A stretch of 63,937 bases of DNA, the filler included, from Chiloscyllium plagiosum (lineage: Eukaryota): the NCBI RefSeq assembly GCF_004010195.1. It is 4 parts of one record of this genome, joined end to end, with 100 filler letters (N's around TTAATTAATTAA, not from the genome) between each part and the next. Parts side by side here need not be neighbours in the genome. Positions count along the whole stretch, not along the records: positions 1 to 30,147 come from NC_057716.1; positions 30,248 to 48,662 come from NC_057716.1; 2 more parts are not named here. The stretch is one strand, 5' to 3'. Position numbers and translations under genes: made by a program. The notes beneath the pieces are model-generated. The model saw nothing but the letters and a program-made list of their open reading frames with translations. It ran no database searches and was not told where the DNA came from. Positions 25,340 to 38,247 of this stretch are shown here, one piece after another; positions within the stretch are counted from its first letter, which is position 1, and each line of letters begins with the position of its first letter.

Positions 25340-27185
25340 CATGTAGAGTCATAGAGATGTACAACACGAAAACAGATTCCTACATGTCGACCAGACATCC
25401 CAACCTAACTTAGTCCCATTTGCCAGCACTTGGCCCATATCCCTTTAAACTTTTCCTATTCATATACCCATCCAAATGCTTTTTTACTGTTGCAATCGTA
25501 CCAACTGCCACCACTTACTCTGACAGCTCATTCCATACGTGCACCACCCTTTGTGTGAAAAGGTTGTCCCTGAGGTTCCTTTTATATCGTTCCCCTCTCA
25601 CCTTAAACCTATGACTTCTAGTTCTGGACTCTCCCACCCCAAGGAAAAGGCCTTTGTATATTTACTCTATCCATGCCCCTCATGATTTATGAACCTCCTA
25701 TATGGTCACCCCTTAGCCTCCAATGCTCCAGGGAAAACAGCTTCACCCTATTCAGCCACTCTGTGTAGTTCAAATCCTCCAGCCCTGGCAACATCCTTTA
25801 TAAACCTTTTCTGAACCCTTTCACGTTTCACAACATCCTTTTGAAAGGAAGGAGACCCGAATCGCACGCAGTATTTCAAAAGTGGCCTAACCAATATTCT
25901 GTACAGCCACAACATGACCTCCTAACTCCTGTACTCAATACTCAGACCAATAAAGGAAAGCATAGTAAACGCCGCCTTCACTATCCTATTTACCTACGAC
26001 TCGACTTTTAAGGAGCTATGAACCTGCACTCTAAGGTCTCTTTGTCCAGCAATCCTCCCTAGGACCTTAACCATTAAGTGTATAGGTCCTGCTAAGATTT
26101 GTTTTCCCAAAATGCAGCAACTTGCATATATCGAAGCTAAACTCCATCTGCCACTCCTCAGGCAGTTGGCCCATTTGATCAAGATGTAATCTGAGGTAAC
26201 CTCCTTCTCTGTCCCCTACATGTGGGCGGCACGGTGGCACAGTGGTTAGCACTGCTGCCTCGCAGCGCCAGAGACCCGGGTTCAATTCCCGCCTCAGGCG
26301 ACTGACTGTGTGGAGTTTGCACGTTCTCCCCGTGTCTGCGTGGGTTTCCTCCGGGGGCTCCGGTTTCCTCCCACAGTCCAAAGATGTGCAAGTCAGGTGA
26401 ATTGGCCATGCTAAATTGCCCGTAGTGTTAGGTAAAGGGGTAAATGTAGGGGTATGGATGGGTTACGCTTCGGCGGGTCGGTGTGGACTTGTTGGGCCGA
26501 AGGGCCTGTTTCCACACTGTAAGTAATCTAATCTAATCTAATTTAATCTAATCTAATCTACATCTCAGATTTTGGTGTCATCTGCAAACTTAGTTACTGT
26601 ACCTCCTATGTTCACATCCAAATCATTTTTATAAATAACGGAAAGTAGAGGGGCCAACGCCGATTCTTATGGCACTCCACTGGTCACAGGCCTGCAGCCT
26701 GAAAAGCAGTCCTCCTCCTCCACCCTCTGTCTTCTACCTTTGAGCCAGTTCTGTATCCAAATGGCTAATTCTCCCTGTATTTTATGATCTAACTTTGCTA
26801 GCCAGTCTCCCATGGAGAGCCTTGTCGAAAGCCTTACTGAAGTCTATATAGATCACATCTACTGCTGTGCCGTCATCAATCTTCTTTGTTACTTCTTCAA
26901 AAAACTCCAAGTTTATGAGACATGATTTCCCATGCACAAAGCCATGTTGACTATCCCGAATCAGTCCTTGCCTTTACAAATACATGTACATCCTATCCCT
27001 CAGGATTCCCTCCAACAATTTGCCCACCACTGACGCCAGGCTCACTGGTCTATAGTTCCCTGGTTTTTGCTTCCCACCTTTCCTAAATAGTGGAATAGAT
27101 TAGGCAACCTCCAGTCTTGCGGCACCTCACCTTGCCTATCGATGATACAAATATCTCAGCCAGGGCCCCAGCAATCACTTCCCGA
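25340..27185 (-). mobile_element. CR1 LINE RT-3' fragment interrupted by HE1 SINE
   Basis: Near-identical in reverse to 3932-5149; 3' tail AGAGTCATAGAG. Confidence 0.92.
26222..26557 (+). mobile_element. Full-length young HE1-type V-SINE
   Basis: A box TGGCACAGTGG (26235), B box GGTTCAATTCC (26279), V-domain, CR1-like tail, (AATCT)n end, TSD CTACAT. Confidence 0.93.
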
Positions 27186-27699
27186 GCTTGGCCTTTGTTC
27201 CAATTTTATTATAAATCAAATGAACAACAACATCTTTCATAAAATAATTCCTAAAAGGGTGTATTGGGAACTTCATAATATCAAAGGGATCATTTTTCAA
27301 ATTGTCAATGTTTATCGCCAAGATTGGCATTATAACTCTTCAGTTTGTGTTATAATGAAATACTTGGTCCATTTCCTTAGTTCTCATTGGATTACTTCCA
27401 TTGTGTTAGCCTGTTGTGATCCTGTTGATAGTGACAGCATAAAGGTCATATATAGCACGCTGCAGTGTAGTTTAATATCTCTCACTAGATGAAATTTTCA
27501 TCATCTACCTTTGAAAAACCTATGCTCGAATATTGCAGGAACTCATGATTTAGAGGCACTTATATAATGTTGGCATGATAATGGAAAGAGTATTTGTATA
27601 CCAAAGTGATTTGTTTTTCAAATTACCATTGCTACACAACTAATTTGCATTTTCTTATCTTAGCCACTTCTGCCTTGTTGCGTTTACTGGATGGATCAC

Positions 27700-27900
27700 A
27701 AGAGTTGTGAATCTGTGGAATTCTTTATCACAGAGGATTTTTATGGCTGATTCATTAGTATATTCAAGATTGAAAGAGAGATTTTTAATCTGTAAGGGAA
27801 TTAAACAGGAAAGTGGGATTGACGAATATCAGATCAGCCACGGTCTCATTAAATGGCAAAGCAGACTCAATGGGCTGAATCGCCGACTTCTTCTGCCTTG
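27700..27900 (+). mobile_element. Old CR1 3' end
   Basis: RVVNLWNSLSQ followed by a 3' UTR. Confidence 0.65.
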
Positions 27901-29692
27901 TGGCTGAAGACAACTAGATTGTAGTGTTGAATTGTCAAAACCACTGCAAGTGTCAAGTTTTTGTGTGTAAAGATGTCTGTCAATGAAGTGCTTCAAATTT
28001 CTCAACAATTCCAATTTTTTTAATAAGTCTTTTGCTTTTGTCATCGTAATTTGGCTTTATTGTTGGCTGCATTTCAAGACCCAATGCCAACATGTAAAAT
28101 GAAACTGCTGAAAATGCTCAGCCAGTCTGGCAGGGTTGGTGGAAAGAAAATCTGAGTTGATGTTGCAGGTAGATGACCTGTTGTCATAGAACTGCTGACA
28201 ATGCCAACGCTAATTCTGATGTTCTGTTACGTGCAATCAAATTGTCCCACTTGGTGAAACTAAAACTGAAGTCACATTTTCTGAAATTTGAAGCTTGCGA
28301 TAATCCCAAAAATGTTAATGTAATTGTTATGGTCCCAGCTGGTATTACTACTGAACAAGTTAGATCCCAGAATTAAATCTGGCTTGACAAATTGCCTAAG
28401 ACAAACTAACATTGTGATCTTTTATCCTGAAGTATAAGCACACCAGGATACAAGTTACAATAAAACAGAGTCTGAGGTTTCAAACACCTGCCAAAATAAC
28501 ATTATTTTACTGAGTAACACTATCAGTTTTTGTCAAAATCCACATAAATGTTCCTCCCCCTGGTAAATCTGCAGATTGACTGAACTGCTTTCTAGCTCCA
28601 GTCCTGTGAGCTGTGAAACCTCCTCCTTTCTTTCATGAGCCTAAGGCCTTAGATTTTGTGAACTTCGAATATCCTGACCAAATTATGAGCCAAATTATAA
28701 CACTTCTGATCAAACTGGGAACCTGTATTGCTGAAATTAGTTCTTCTGTTAGCTACACTGAACAAGCTCCTTTTTAGAGAAGGAACATGTGACTCTAGTT
28801 GGTCTCTTTCGAACTGGGGTCAAAGGCCTTTTAGTAAACCTTTTTTTAAAAATGATAATCTTTATGTGAATGTGACTGCTTTTTTTTTCACTGTAGTAAA
28901 TCCCACAAGATAAAAAGATTTCATTATCCCTTTAGGAGGCCTTCAGTCATCTGCCCTCTGACACACACTGGTTTAAAATCTTTGTTGCAAAAAGACTGAT
29001 TTCGTTAATTATTAAACAATATCACGCAAGTCGACCATAATGTGGAGGTGCTGATGTTGGAGTGAGGTGGCAAAATACCTGGTGTTGTGTAACAAATAGA
29101 CCAAACCTGTGTGCCACTCTTTTGAAATTCAAACTGCTTAAAATTGAATATAATTTAACTCAGTTCATCATAACAATGAAATATAGTCCATAATTTGTTT
29201 TTGATGTTTATAATTAAATTGTAAAACCTATTGCTGTTTGGGAAGTTGCAAAATAAAGTTGCTTGCCGATTGGAAGTTGCTCAGCAGTGCAGGTTGAGTA
29301 GTTTGGAGATCCAAAAGTGATGTTGATTAAGGGAGAAGTAATGGCTCAGTATATGAGGAAAAATCCCTCTATTTGTCCAAAACATCAAATCTTGAGCATC
29401 CACATGAAAGGGTATATAAGCAGGTAACAACATTTCATCCAAAAGGTAGAAACTCTTGATCAATCTGTGGAGTGGGACTATGAATTCATTACCTTCTGAC
29501 TTAGGCTTGAGTGCGACCACTGAGCAAGAGCTAACAATAATTTTGAATGAGTTCCTATGCAAATTGTGCAAGACTTGTTTGACTTGTTCCTTGACTTCTA
29601 CAGGGATCCTCACTCGTTTACTGAAAATAAAATATAATCTGACTTGGTATTTTAATATTTCCAATAATATCCTGAGGACAAAATTGCAATGA

Positions 29693-29838
29693 ATTGGCCA
29701 TGCTAAATTGCTAATTGTGTAAGGTGAAGGGGTAAATGTAGGGGAATGGGTCTGGGTGGGTTGCGCTTCGGCGGGTCGGTGTGGACTTGTTGGGACGAAA
29801 GGCTTGTTTCCACGCTGTAAGTAATCTAATATAATCTA
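29693..29838 (+). mobile_element. HE1 SINE 3' half
   Basis: Matches 26401-26540. Confidence 0.88.
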
Positions 29839-29874
29839 AAAGAAAATGAGATAACAATAATCCAGAGAAAGTAT

Positions 29875-30147
29875 ATTCTTGTCAGGGTGAAAGGGAAGGC
29901 TGGTAGGTATAGGGAATGCTGGATGACTAAAGAAATTGAGGGTTTGGTTTAGAAAAAGAAGGAAGCATATGTCAGGTATAGACAGGATAGACCGAGTGAA
30001 TCTTTAGAAAAGTATAAAGGCAGTAGGAGTATACTTAAGAGGGAAATCAGGAGGGCAAAACAGGGACACGAGATAGCTTTGGCAAATAGAATTAAGGAGA
30101 ATCCAAAGGGTTTTTACAAATATATTAAGGACAAAAGGGTAACTCGG
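29875..30147 (+). mobile_element. CR1 ORF2 linker fragment, cut by gap
   Basis: WMTKEIEGLVRKKK...ANRIKENPKGFYKYIK. Confidence 0.85.
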
Positions 30148-30247
30148 NNNNNNNNNNNNNNNNNNNNNNNNNNNNNNNNNNNNNNNNNNNNTTAATTAAT
30201 TAANNNNNNNNNNNNNNNNNNNNNNNNNNNNNNNNNNNNNNNNNNNN
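30148..30247. other. Assembly gap with artificial linker N44-TTAATTAATTAA-N44
   Basis: Identical structure at 48663 and 60909. Confidence 0.95.
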
Positions 30248-30456
30248 CTCTCTCCCCACCCCCCCCCTCCTCTAGCTTATCTCTCCACGCTTCAGGCTCT
30301 CTGCCTTTATTGCTGAAGAAGGGCTTTTGCCCGAAACGTCGATTTTGCCTGTCCTCGGATTTTGCCTGTCCTCGGATGCTGCCTGAACTGCTGTGCTCTT
30401 CCAGCACCACTAATCCAGAATCTGGTTTCCAGCATCTGCAGTCATTGTTTTTACCT
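30248..30456 (+). mobile_element. Penelope pLTR end (subfamily A) with hammerhead core at 30313-30340
   Basis: CUGAAGA-A-GGGC-UUUU-GCCC-GAAAC-GUC. Confidence 0.85.
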
Positions 30457-30700
30457 TGAGGAATCTTTTGCCTGTCTGCTATTTCCCATGAGGGCTCTTT
30501 TCCTGAGAGGCATCCCTTTTTGCCAAAGAGAGTCTATTTGACTTCACCAGTTGCCCTCTTTCGTTTCCAGCATCTGCAGTCATTGTTTTTACCTTGAGGA
30601 ATCTTTTGCCTGTCTGCTATTTCCCATGAGGGCTCTTTTCCTGAGAGGCATCCCTTTTTGCCAAAGAGAGTCTATTTGACTTCACCAGTTGCCCTCTTTC
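30425..30700. repeat. Exact tandem duplication, 2 x 138 bp
   Basis: 30425-30562 equals 30563-30700. Confidence 0.93.
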
Positions 30701-32750
30701 AGCCTCGCCACCTGCTTTTGGAGGTCCCAACAAAATTGTTCAAACTCCTAAACATCACCAATCTGGGTAAGTGGAAATGACAAGCCATTATGCACCGACA
30801 TTTCATGTCGCATAATACCACTGAGTGAGCTATTTGATCATCCACCAGTCATCTTGTCTTGAGTAACTCCCTACTGCAAACCATATGTCTACAAACAGTT
30901 CAAATCAGAAGGTATCTGAAATTGTGAGAAATAGCTCATCTCAAAGCTTGCAGTTGGAACTGCTGGAATAGTTCTCCATATTGCTTTCATTTGGCTTGAG
31001 ATGTTGATTGGCATAAGTGATAACTACTTGTTTTTGTCTTTGAGCCTGTACAGCATTACTTTTCTAAGGAAACTGGCATTGATTTCTAGTATGAAGTTGG
31101 AAATCTGGATAGCTAAGAACTGGGTAATGAAAAAAGCTTCTGCTTGAGGGTGCCAAAGGAATCTTCACATGCTGAGGTTCAATTCGCTGCAATACTCAGT
31201 GAAATATCATGTCTCTTACGTCCTTTTCCAAACACTTCTTCAGGATTCGTTGATTTTGCTCACTAAGTTGTGGAGTGGGGTAGACTTTCACAAAAGTGTC
31301 GTGACCAGCTAGATCAAGGAACCTATGCAGTTCTTCACCCACCTTAGGCCGGACTCACTTCTCTACTGTTTGGATTTTCTCATCGTTGGGAGTAATGCCT
31401 TCTTTGTAACAAAGTAACTAATGTACCATGCTTTTGTCTGGAAAAATTGATACTTCTCTCCCGTTGACTTTCAAGTTACACTGCAATGAGTGGACTAAGA
31501 TGGATCTGATATGCAAAGGTCTCTTCAGAAGTTTGTCAAAGATGAATATATTAACCAGATAGTCAAGGAGGCACTGGAAATTCAAGTTGCTAAGAGCTTT
31601 ATCCATTACATGCATTAAGGAAACAAGAGCATTACAGAATCTAAATGGTTTTCTGTGCAAGGGAAGTCCTCAGTGCCTGTTTGGATTACCATCTTTTCAA
31701 GGTCTTGTTCAGTGACAGGTAGCTGGTTATAGGGACATATCCAATTAAGACTATTTAAAAACTTTGAGATCTTGTATTGGTCTCTCAATCCTAGGTAAAG
31801 GGTAAGCATGTTTATGAATCTTTGCATTGCATTCCTGGTAATCGACACATTCCTGGTAATCTTCAGTTTTCCATACAGTTTCTTCACTAAGACGATGAGG
31901 TAGGCATACAGACTTGATGACTCTTGGATGATATCTTGGTCCAAAGACTTCTGCAGGTAGTTCCTGAATTCCTCACAGTGATAAGGTGGAATCAGCAGTC
32001 AGGAATCTTTACTTGATGGTCATGTGTAGTCTTGTGGCTTACTCGGCTACATATCCAATGTCGTTATCATCTACATTGAAAGTTGTCCCACATTTGGTGA
32101 AAGTCAAAAGAAGCTGCTTGTTCCTCATTGATCTGAAGCAGGGATCCAGGTGGATAGATTTGCTGGCTCTATAATACAAAAACGAGGTCCTCCACTTTGG
32201 CTTGCTAGTACTCATAAAACCTCTTCTGTAGCCGAGGTTACAGGCTACTACAGTCTACTACAGTCCCTCGAAAACCTTTGGCAGCACCTCAAATATCTGC
32301 TACAAACTTATTTGAACATCTGTCCCTCTTTCCAGTATTGCCCGATGGTAGTAGTTTGTTCCATCACAAACATCACCTGCTCACTCTCATCCCTGCTGAA
32401 AATGTGTTGTTGGAAAAGCGCAACAGATCAGGCAGCATCCAAGGAACAGGAGAATCGATGTTTCAGGCATAAGCCCGGGGATTTCTGAAGAAGGGCTTAT
32501 GCCCGAAACGTCGATTCTCCTGTTCCTTGGACGCTGCCTGACCTGCTGCTGCTGCGCTTTTCCAGCAACACATTTTCAGCTCTGATCTCCAGCATCTGCA
32601 GTCCTGACTTTTTACTCTCATCCCTGGACATGATCGCCAGTGTATCCAGTCTTCAACCACTAGATCGGGAGTTTCCAGTCTTCCCTCATATCTGTCTAGC
32701 TTCCACCTCATCAACAAGTAAAATAACTGACCGGGGGTAACGCACCCGTC
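30700..32750 (-). mobile_element. Decayed Ty3/Gypsy pol (RT-RNase H)
   Basis: IIQESSSLYAYLIVLVKK, YNQLPV..QDLEK, PFRFCNA..MDKAL..CLLDYLVNIFIF (degenerate YLDD), FILEINAS and QALR*AISHNFRY (RNase H). Confidence 0.85.
32396..32613. mobile_element. Penelope fold-back mini-element (subfamily B)
   Basis: Inverted arms; 13-bp TSD ACTCTCATCCCTG (32383-32395, 32614-32626); intact plus-strand hammerhead core at 32485-32512. Confidence 0.88.
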
Positions 32751-35089
32751 CTCTGTAGTGTCAAGTCCTCTGCCTGGGTGTGACCTAAACGTCCAATTCC
32801 TTCTATCACACCGAAGCCTCCAAAGATCCCTAAAAGGCTTCAGCCCCTCTCACAGACAAGGCTAGTTTAAACTATTCCACCATCCACTCCACCTTGTCTA
32901 CTTCACCTCTATGGTTTGATGCCTGTGTTGTGGTATCCCACCTACTATGCCAAAAATGTAACATGAAATTTGAAGATATGAACAGCCCAAACAAAGAGTG
33001 TAAAGCAGGGATTCTTTATTCTGCTGGCATCGTGCCATTATGAAAATAAATGAAGATTAAACAAGGAAATATTGATAGTATTTACAATGGAAACCTGTGG
33101 TTACATTGGGCTGAAGAATCCTTTGTCTGTCTTCTCCACCTTGCCATGAAGCTTTCTATTGCCAAAGACATCCTTTTGACTGATCAGTTTGACTCTCTAG
33201 CTGCCTTCCTTAAAGTTGTCACCTGCTGCTGGAGATGTTAATACTGTGATATGTCAAGCTTCTCTTTAGTGCCATTCTTCACTGTCATCACCTGCTGCTG
33301 GAGGTTTTGTTACGTTAGTACTGAAGTAAATATGTTCATTATCTCCATCCTGCACTATGGAGAGACCTATGGATAATGGGCGTAAAGATTGACGAGGAGA
33401 GTATTAAAGAAGTCAAATTGAGATGATGAAAAATTGATCAAGGAATTTGACATCATGAGGAGGAGGGGGATGAAGGTGCACAGTAATAATATACTGAAGA
33501 GAAGGATAATTATCTTAGTAAATGAGTACTGTAGATGTGGGTGAATGTTGACTAACATGGAAGAAATTCCCCACTCCCGAATAATTTAATCATGTAACCA
33601 GGAATACTGATCAAGATAGTGTCCGAGACATATTGGAACTTAAAGGAGCCACCCAAAAAAGGGAATGGCTTCAATTTTACAGGCAATGTTCTGGCTGGAT
33701 GCTGGAATTGGAGAGTGGTTGCAGAGTGTGCCAACATTTTGATTGATGGAGGAGTAGTGCAGAAACAACTAACTAGATCTGCATGTCATCCACATGCAAT
33801 TGGAAGCAGACTACACTTCTGGATGTGTCACCAAGGATATGCCACCTACATCAGTGCTGCCCAAAATTATTTGCATTGTGACCTTATTTTGGTATCTCGC
33901 AACAGTTATGACACCTGTCTTGTTGGGGAGCAGGGTGGAAATGGAGAAAGATCTGTGAGAACACAATGGGTGAGTTTTTTCATTTGTAGATTTTTAACTT
34001 CAAAGAGCACTTACTTTTCCACAAGGTTTCTCAAAATGGCATTCAGACCTCAAGGTCTGGCCAAGTAGGCCATATCCATTTAAATAAAAGACTCAGATGA
34101 TTCAAAGGAATCATACAGCTGTCAGCATTCTGTCAGAGCTTCACAGAAAACTTGCTGCCTCTGAGCTCATGTCCCCAAAATTTCAGCTTGTGAGCTCATT
34201 GGGGGTCACAACTCACAGTTTAGGAAGCTGCGATCTACATAATGAAGAGATCTAAGGATTGTGGGTGATTTTACTTCTTCCTTAGAATGAGATTGAGAAT
34301 TACAATTGACATAACCTTATAATAAACACAGCATCTTTATTGAAAATTTTAAGTGAAGGAGTTTCAGTTAGATCAAATGTTACTCTTCAGGTAGTCAAAC
34401 TAAAATCAGAATAGGTTGCTTTTGTGTGATCTTTGACAGAGGTCTTCCTGCTTGATACAATACATATCTTCTGTCTTCCTCCTTGAGTGCTCCACATGTG
34501 GGGACTGTCTCAGGCTTTATTACAGAATATTATTACAGAATACAATTTTTGAAAGAGCTCACGCACAATCTTCTGAAGGCAAACTATTTGTAAGAGTACA
34601 TGATTAGCTGTTGGTTTATATAGTTAGTGTATCCTCAAGTTTTCTGTTAGGTTAGCCATTTAAGGACTACCTCCTGTCCCACTGTGATTATCTATCTGAC
34701 TTTGCTATTCATCTTCAATGTAAATGATTCTATTCAATTTAGCAGTCTTAAATAAGATGTATTGAGCTCAGTGGAAGAATGATTCTAAGATAGCAACATA
34801 TTCCAAGGCTTTGGAGAGTTGGAAAAATTGAGAATCATGGTGGTGCTTGGAGACAATGGTGAGTTTGAGTTAATTTTTTGAGGAGGTGCTGATAGTTATG
34901 ATCTGGAAGGAAGTGTGTACTTGGAAAGACAATGTATGGGATGGAAACCAATACAGAAAATTACAGAATGTTTTGCACTACATTGCCAATATTAAATTCA
35001 GCTCATGTATGATTAACAGTACAGGTGAGTATAATATTTCAGTCAAAAAGTAGAATACTGAGTGATTTCATATGCCCATAATAATTAGT

Positions 35090-35610
35090 TGAATTAGAGT
35101 CTTAGAGTTGTACAGCATGGAAACAAACCCTTAGATATCCTAAATTAATCTAGCCCCATTTGCCAGCATTTGATCCATATCTGTTAAACCCTTCCTATTC
35201 ATGTACCAATCAAGATGTCTTTTAAATGTTGCAATTGTATCAGCCTCCACCACCACCTCTGGAATTCATTCCATACATGCACCACCCTCTGCATGAAAAA
35301 GTTGCCCCTTAGGTCCTTTTAAATCTTTCCCCTCTTACCTTAAATGTATGCCCTCTGGTTTTGGACTCGCCTTTCCTGGAAAAAAGACCTTGGCTATTCA
35401 CCCTTTCCATGCCCCTCATGATTTTATAAACCTCTGTAAGGTCACCCCTCAACATCCGACGTTCCAGGGAAAAGAGCCCCAGCCTATTCAGTCTCTCCCT
35501 ATAGGTCAAACCCTCCAACCTCAGCAACATCCGTGTAAATCTTTTTTTAACCCTTTCAAGTTTAACAACATCTTTCCTCTCACAAGGAAACCAGAATTGA
35601 ATGCAGTAAT
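35090..35610 (-). mobile_element. CR1 LINE 3' fragment
   Basis: [36 protein letters not shown]. Confidence 0.92.
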
Positions 35611-36591
35611 TCCAGCACAGACAAAAAAAATCAGATTCTCTCTGTAAACATTTGCGACTGGTCTAATCATAGAATCTCTACAGTGTGGAAGCAGGCTACT
35701 AGTTTAATTGAGAAACTGAAGCCTTGTAAACATTTGCTCCCAAATCAAAATATATGAGTTGGTGTTTGCAATATGTGGACACTTTTGAGTCTTATTCACA
35801 ATTTGTCAAGTGGTGTTATTTACATAATTACCAACACTCAGAAAATAGCTTGCACATTAACTATACTTTAATTAAGTATAGACAAACAAGGATGAAGTAA
35901 TTTTTTAAAAAATGCTCTAAAATCTCAGTCAGGCTGCATTTGTAGAAAAACAGTGTGAGCATGCTGTAATTTGCTGAAAATATAGAATGTAAAGATATGT
36001 ACAATGATTAATATGAAACAATTTATTATGAGGAAGAGTTCCTTATGAAATGCTGGATGATTTGTCATTCTTTTATTAGTTTTTTGCATCTCACCCATAA
36101 CTTGCTGAGTTTCATCAAGCATTAGCACATTAATTGTCCAATAAAAACCACAGAAAATTGAGTCTTAATAATTCATGAGTGCACATTTAATATAATTGTT
36201 GATGTTTGCCAGCTCATTCCAGGTTGTCGATATCCAGCATTTCCTCCAGAAGTCAACTCAAATTTGCCTTTGACTCCAAGCACCACTATAATTCAAATTT
36301 TCTCCATTCCTCCGAAATCCTGGAATATGCTGCTACTTTGTAGTCATGCTTTCATTCATCCCAAATTCTATGAGCCAATACATTTTATTTAACATGCTTC
36401 AATCTGGCTTGAAACCCATCCAAAATTCGAAGAACACATTAGTCAGATTCACAAATGACCTCCTGATATCATGGTCTTTCACGTTTCCTCATCTGTAAGT
36501 CCAACCCAGTAAATGAACAACTCAAAATATAAACTCTATTTCAGTAAGTTGTTGATGTTTCTGACTTTTCCTTTCACTTGTTTCTTTTCAG

Positions 36592-36720
36592 TAGGTCAAA
36601 AATCACGTGATATCAGGTTATACTCCAACAGGTTTATATGAAAACACAAGCTCTCGGAGCCTCACTCCTTCTTCAAGTGCTAGCAATCTAGTTCAACACC
36701 AGCACCTCCACATCATGGCA
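36592..36720 (-). mobile_element. Penelope-like remnant of another family with degenerate hammerhead
   Basis: Minus strand UUGAAGA-A-GGAG-UGAGG-CUCC-GAGA-GCUU; related piece at 29040-29092. Confidence 0.5.
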
Positions 36721-38247
36721 TTCTTTTCAGTAATCCAATCTTTCTCTCCCTCTATTTATCTTTTCTGTACCTGATTTGAAATGAATTAGCCCTCTTTCTA
36801 ATACCTACCTTTGTTTATTTCTCAATTCTTGAATGTGATTTGTTAACAACTTACAATGTTGGTCTTATCATTCAATCAGGCTCCACTGCCCTGGCAGCAC
36901 AGTTTTCAGTTCACACTTTTAGCAAATGACTCGAGAAATAATTTTGTGAGCTGAGGGGTGCTGGCAAAGATCTAACTGGGGATGCTCCAAATGTCCCAGC
37001 TCAGCAAATTCTGGTCAAACGTTTCTGACTTAATCGTTGATTTAAACATTAAATCTCTTTCTCTCTCCACAGATGCTGCATGATGTGCTGAGTGCTTTTA
37101 ACAGGTTCTGATTTTCTTTAAGATTTCAGTGAGCACAATATTTTGTTTTTATTGGAAAAGCAAAGTCTTGGTCTTATATCTACACTAATGTTTCATTCAA
37201 GTCTTTGTCTACAATGTTTGAATAATTGTAATTGCTGCAAAGAGGGAAGTACCCAGACTGAGAATTTAGTGTGGCTAAGCAAAAAAATCCCATAGAAACT
37301 GAACACATCCAACAAATTCAATAGGGCCCTGTTCAAGTACTAGATAAAATTTACAAACACAAAAGTTGGCTCAATTAGCCTATGATGATGTTAATGCTTA
37401 AGACATCACCCTCTCCTCTTTAGCTAGCCCCATTAGCATTCCCTTTATTCTGCTTATATTATTTGCCTCATTTAAGCTGTGAAGTAGAGTTCATTTTTTA
37501 AACTATTATTAAATAAGTTTTCCCCACATTTGATTTATTAGTGATTTATTAGTGACCATCTTCTATTTATGAGCCCTAGTTTTGGACCTATGTCTATCAT
37601 TTTCTTCTTATATTTCCATCTATAACAGGCCAACTCAACCTCAGTTGAGATGTTATTTGAAGTCTCTGTATGTCCTCCAGGCTCATTAACATTTTCAATT
37701 CACATAAAGCATGATTTACTTCTCAGCCTGTTTTACAATGTCAGCTTCCCTTGTTCAACACCAGTCCTAATTAAGACAGATTTATTAATAACAAACGTCA
37801 ACACCAACATTGCTATTTGTGAAGGTGATGAATTAATATAATTTAATTCAATATATCACTGGCCAGCTTGTTACCATGTCTAAGCAAAGGAACTTTTACA
37901 ATATGGCAATGAACAGTATATGTCCACATTTTGAACCAAATGTCATACTAGACAATTCCACTCAGATGATGAAATCTCACTTACACCACTGTGTAACAAT
38001 TTGGAAATAAGCATTACACTAATTTTACCAAAAATGGCATTGCCGATAATCTTAAATCATATTTTACTGTAAGATCTTGTATATACAGTACAAGCTTGAT
38101 TACCCGAACATCAATTATCCAACTTTCAGATTATCCAAACAAGATCTCAAGGTCCCGCAAAAATGGTACTCGGCAACTCAGCATTCAGTTATCAGTAAAA
38201 CGGCATTATGGCATTCACTACCAGATAATCGAGATTTGTTCGGAAAA

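Noticed and set aside
26222..26300. tRNA gene-like sequence
   Set aside because: It is a SINE head continuing into the V-domain, not a tRNA gene.
30192..30203. TTAATTAATTAA islands inside N runs (also 48707 and 60953)
   Set aside because: Identical, centred in exact 100-bp gaps, with stops in all six frames: a scaffolding linker, not biology.
33150..34920. Scattered L2-like and LTR-like remnants
   Set aside because: Too degenerate to delimit reliably.
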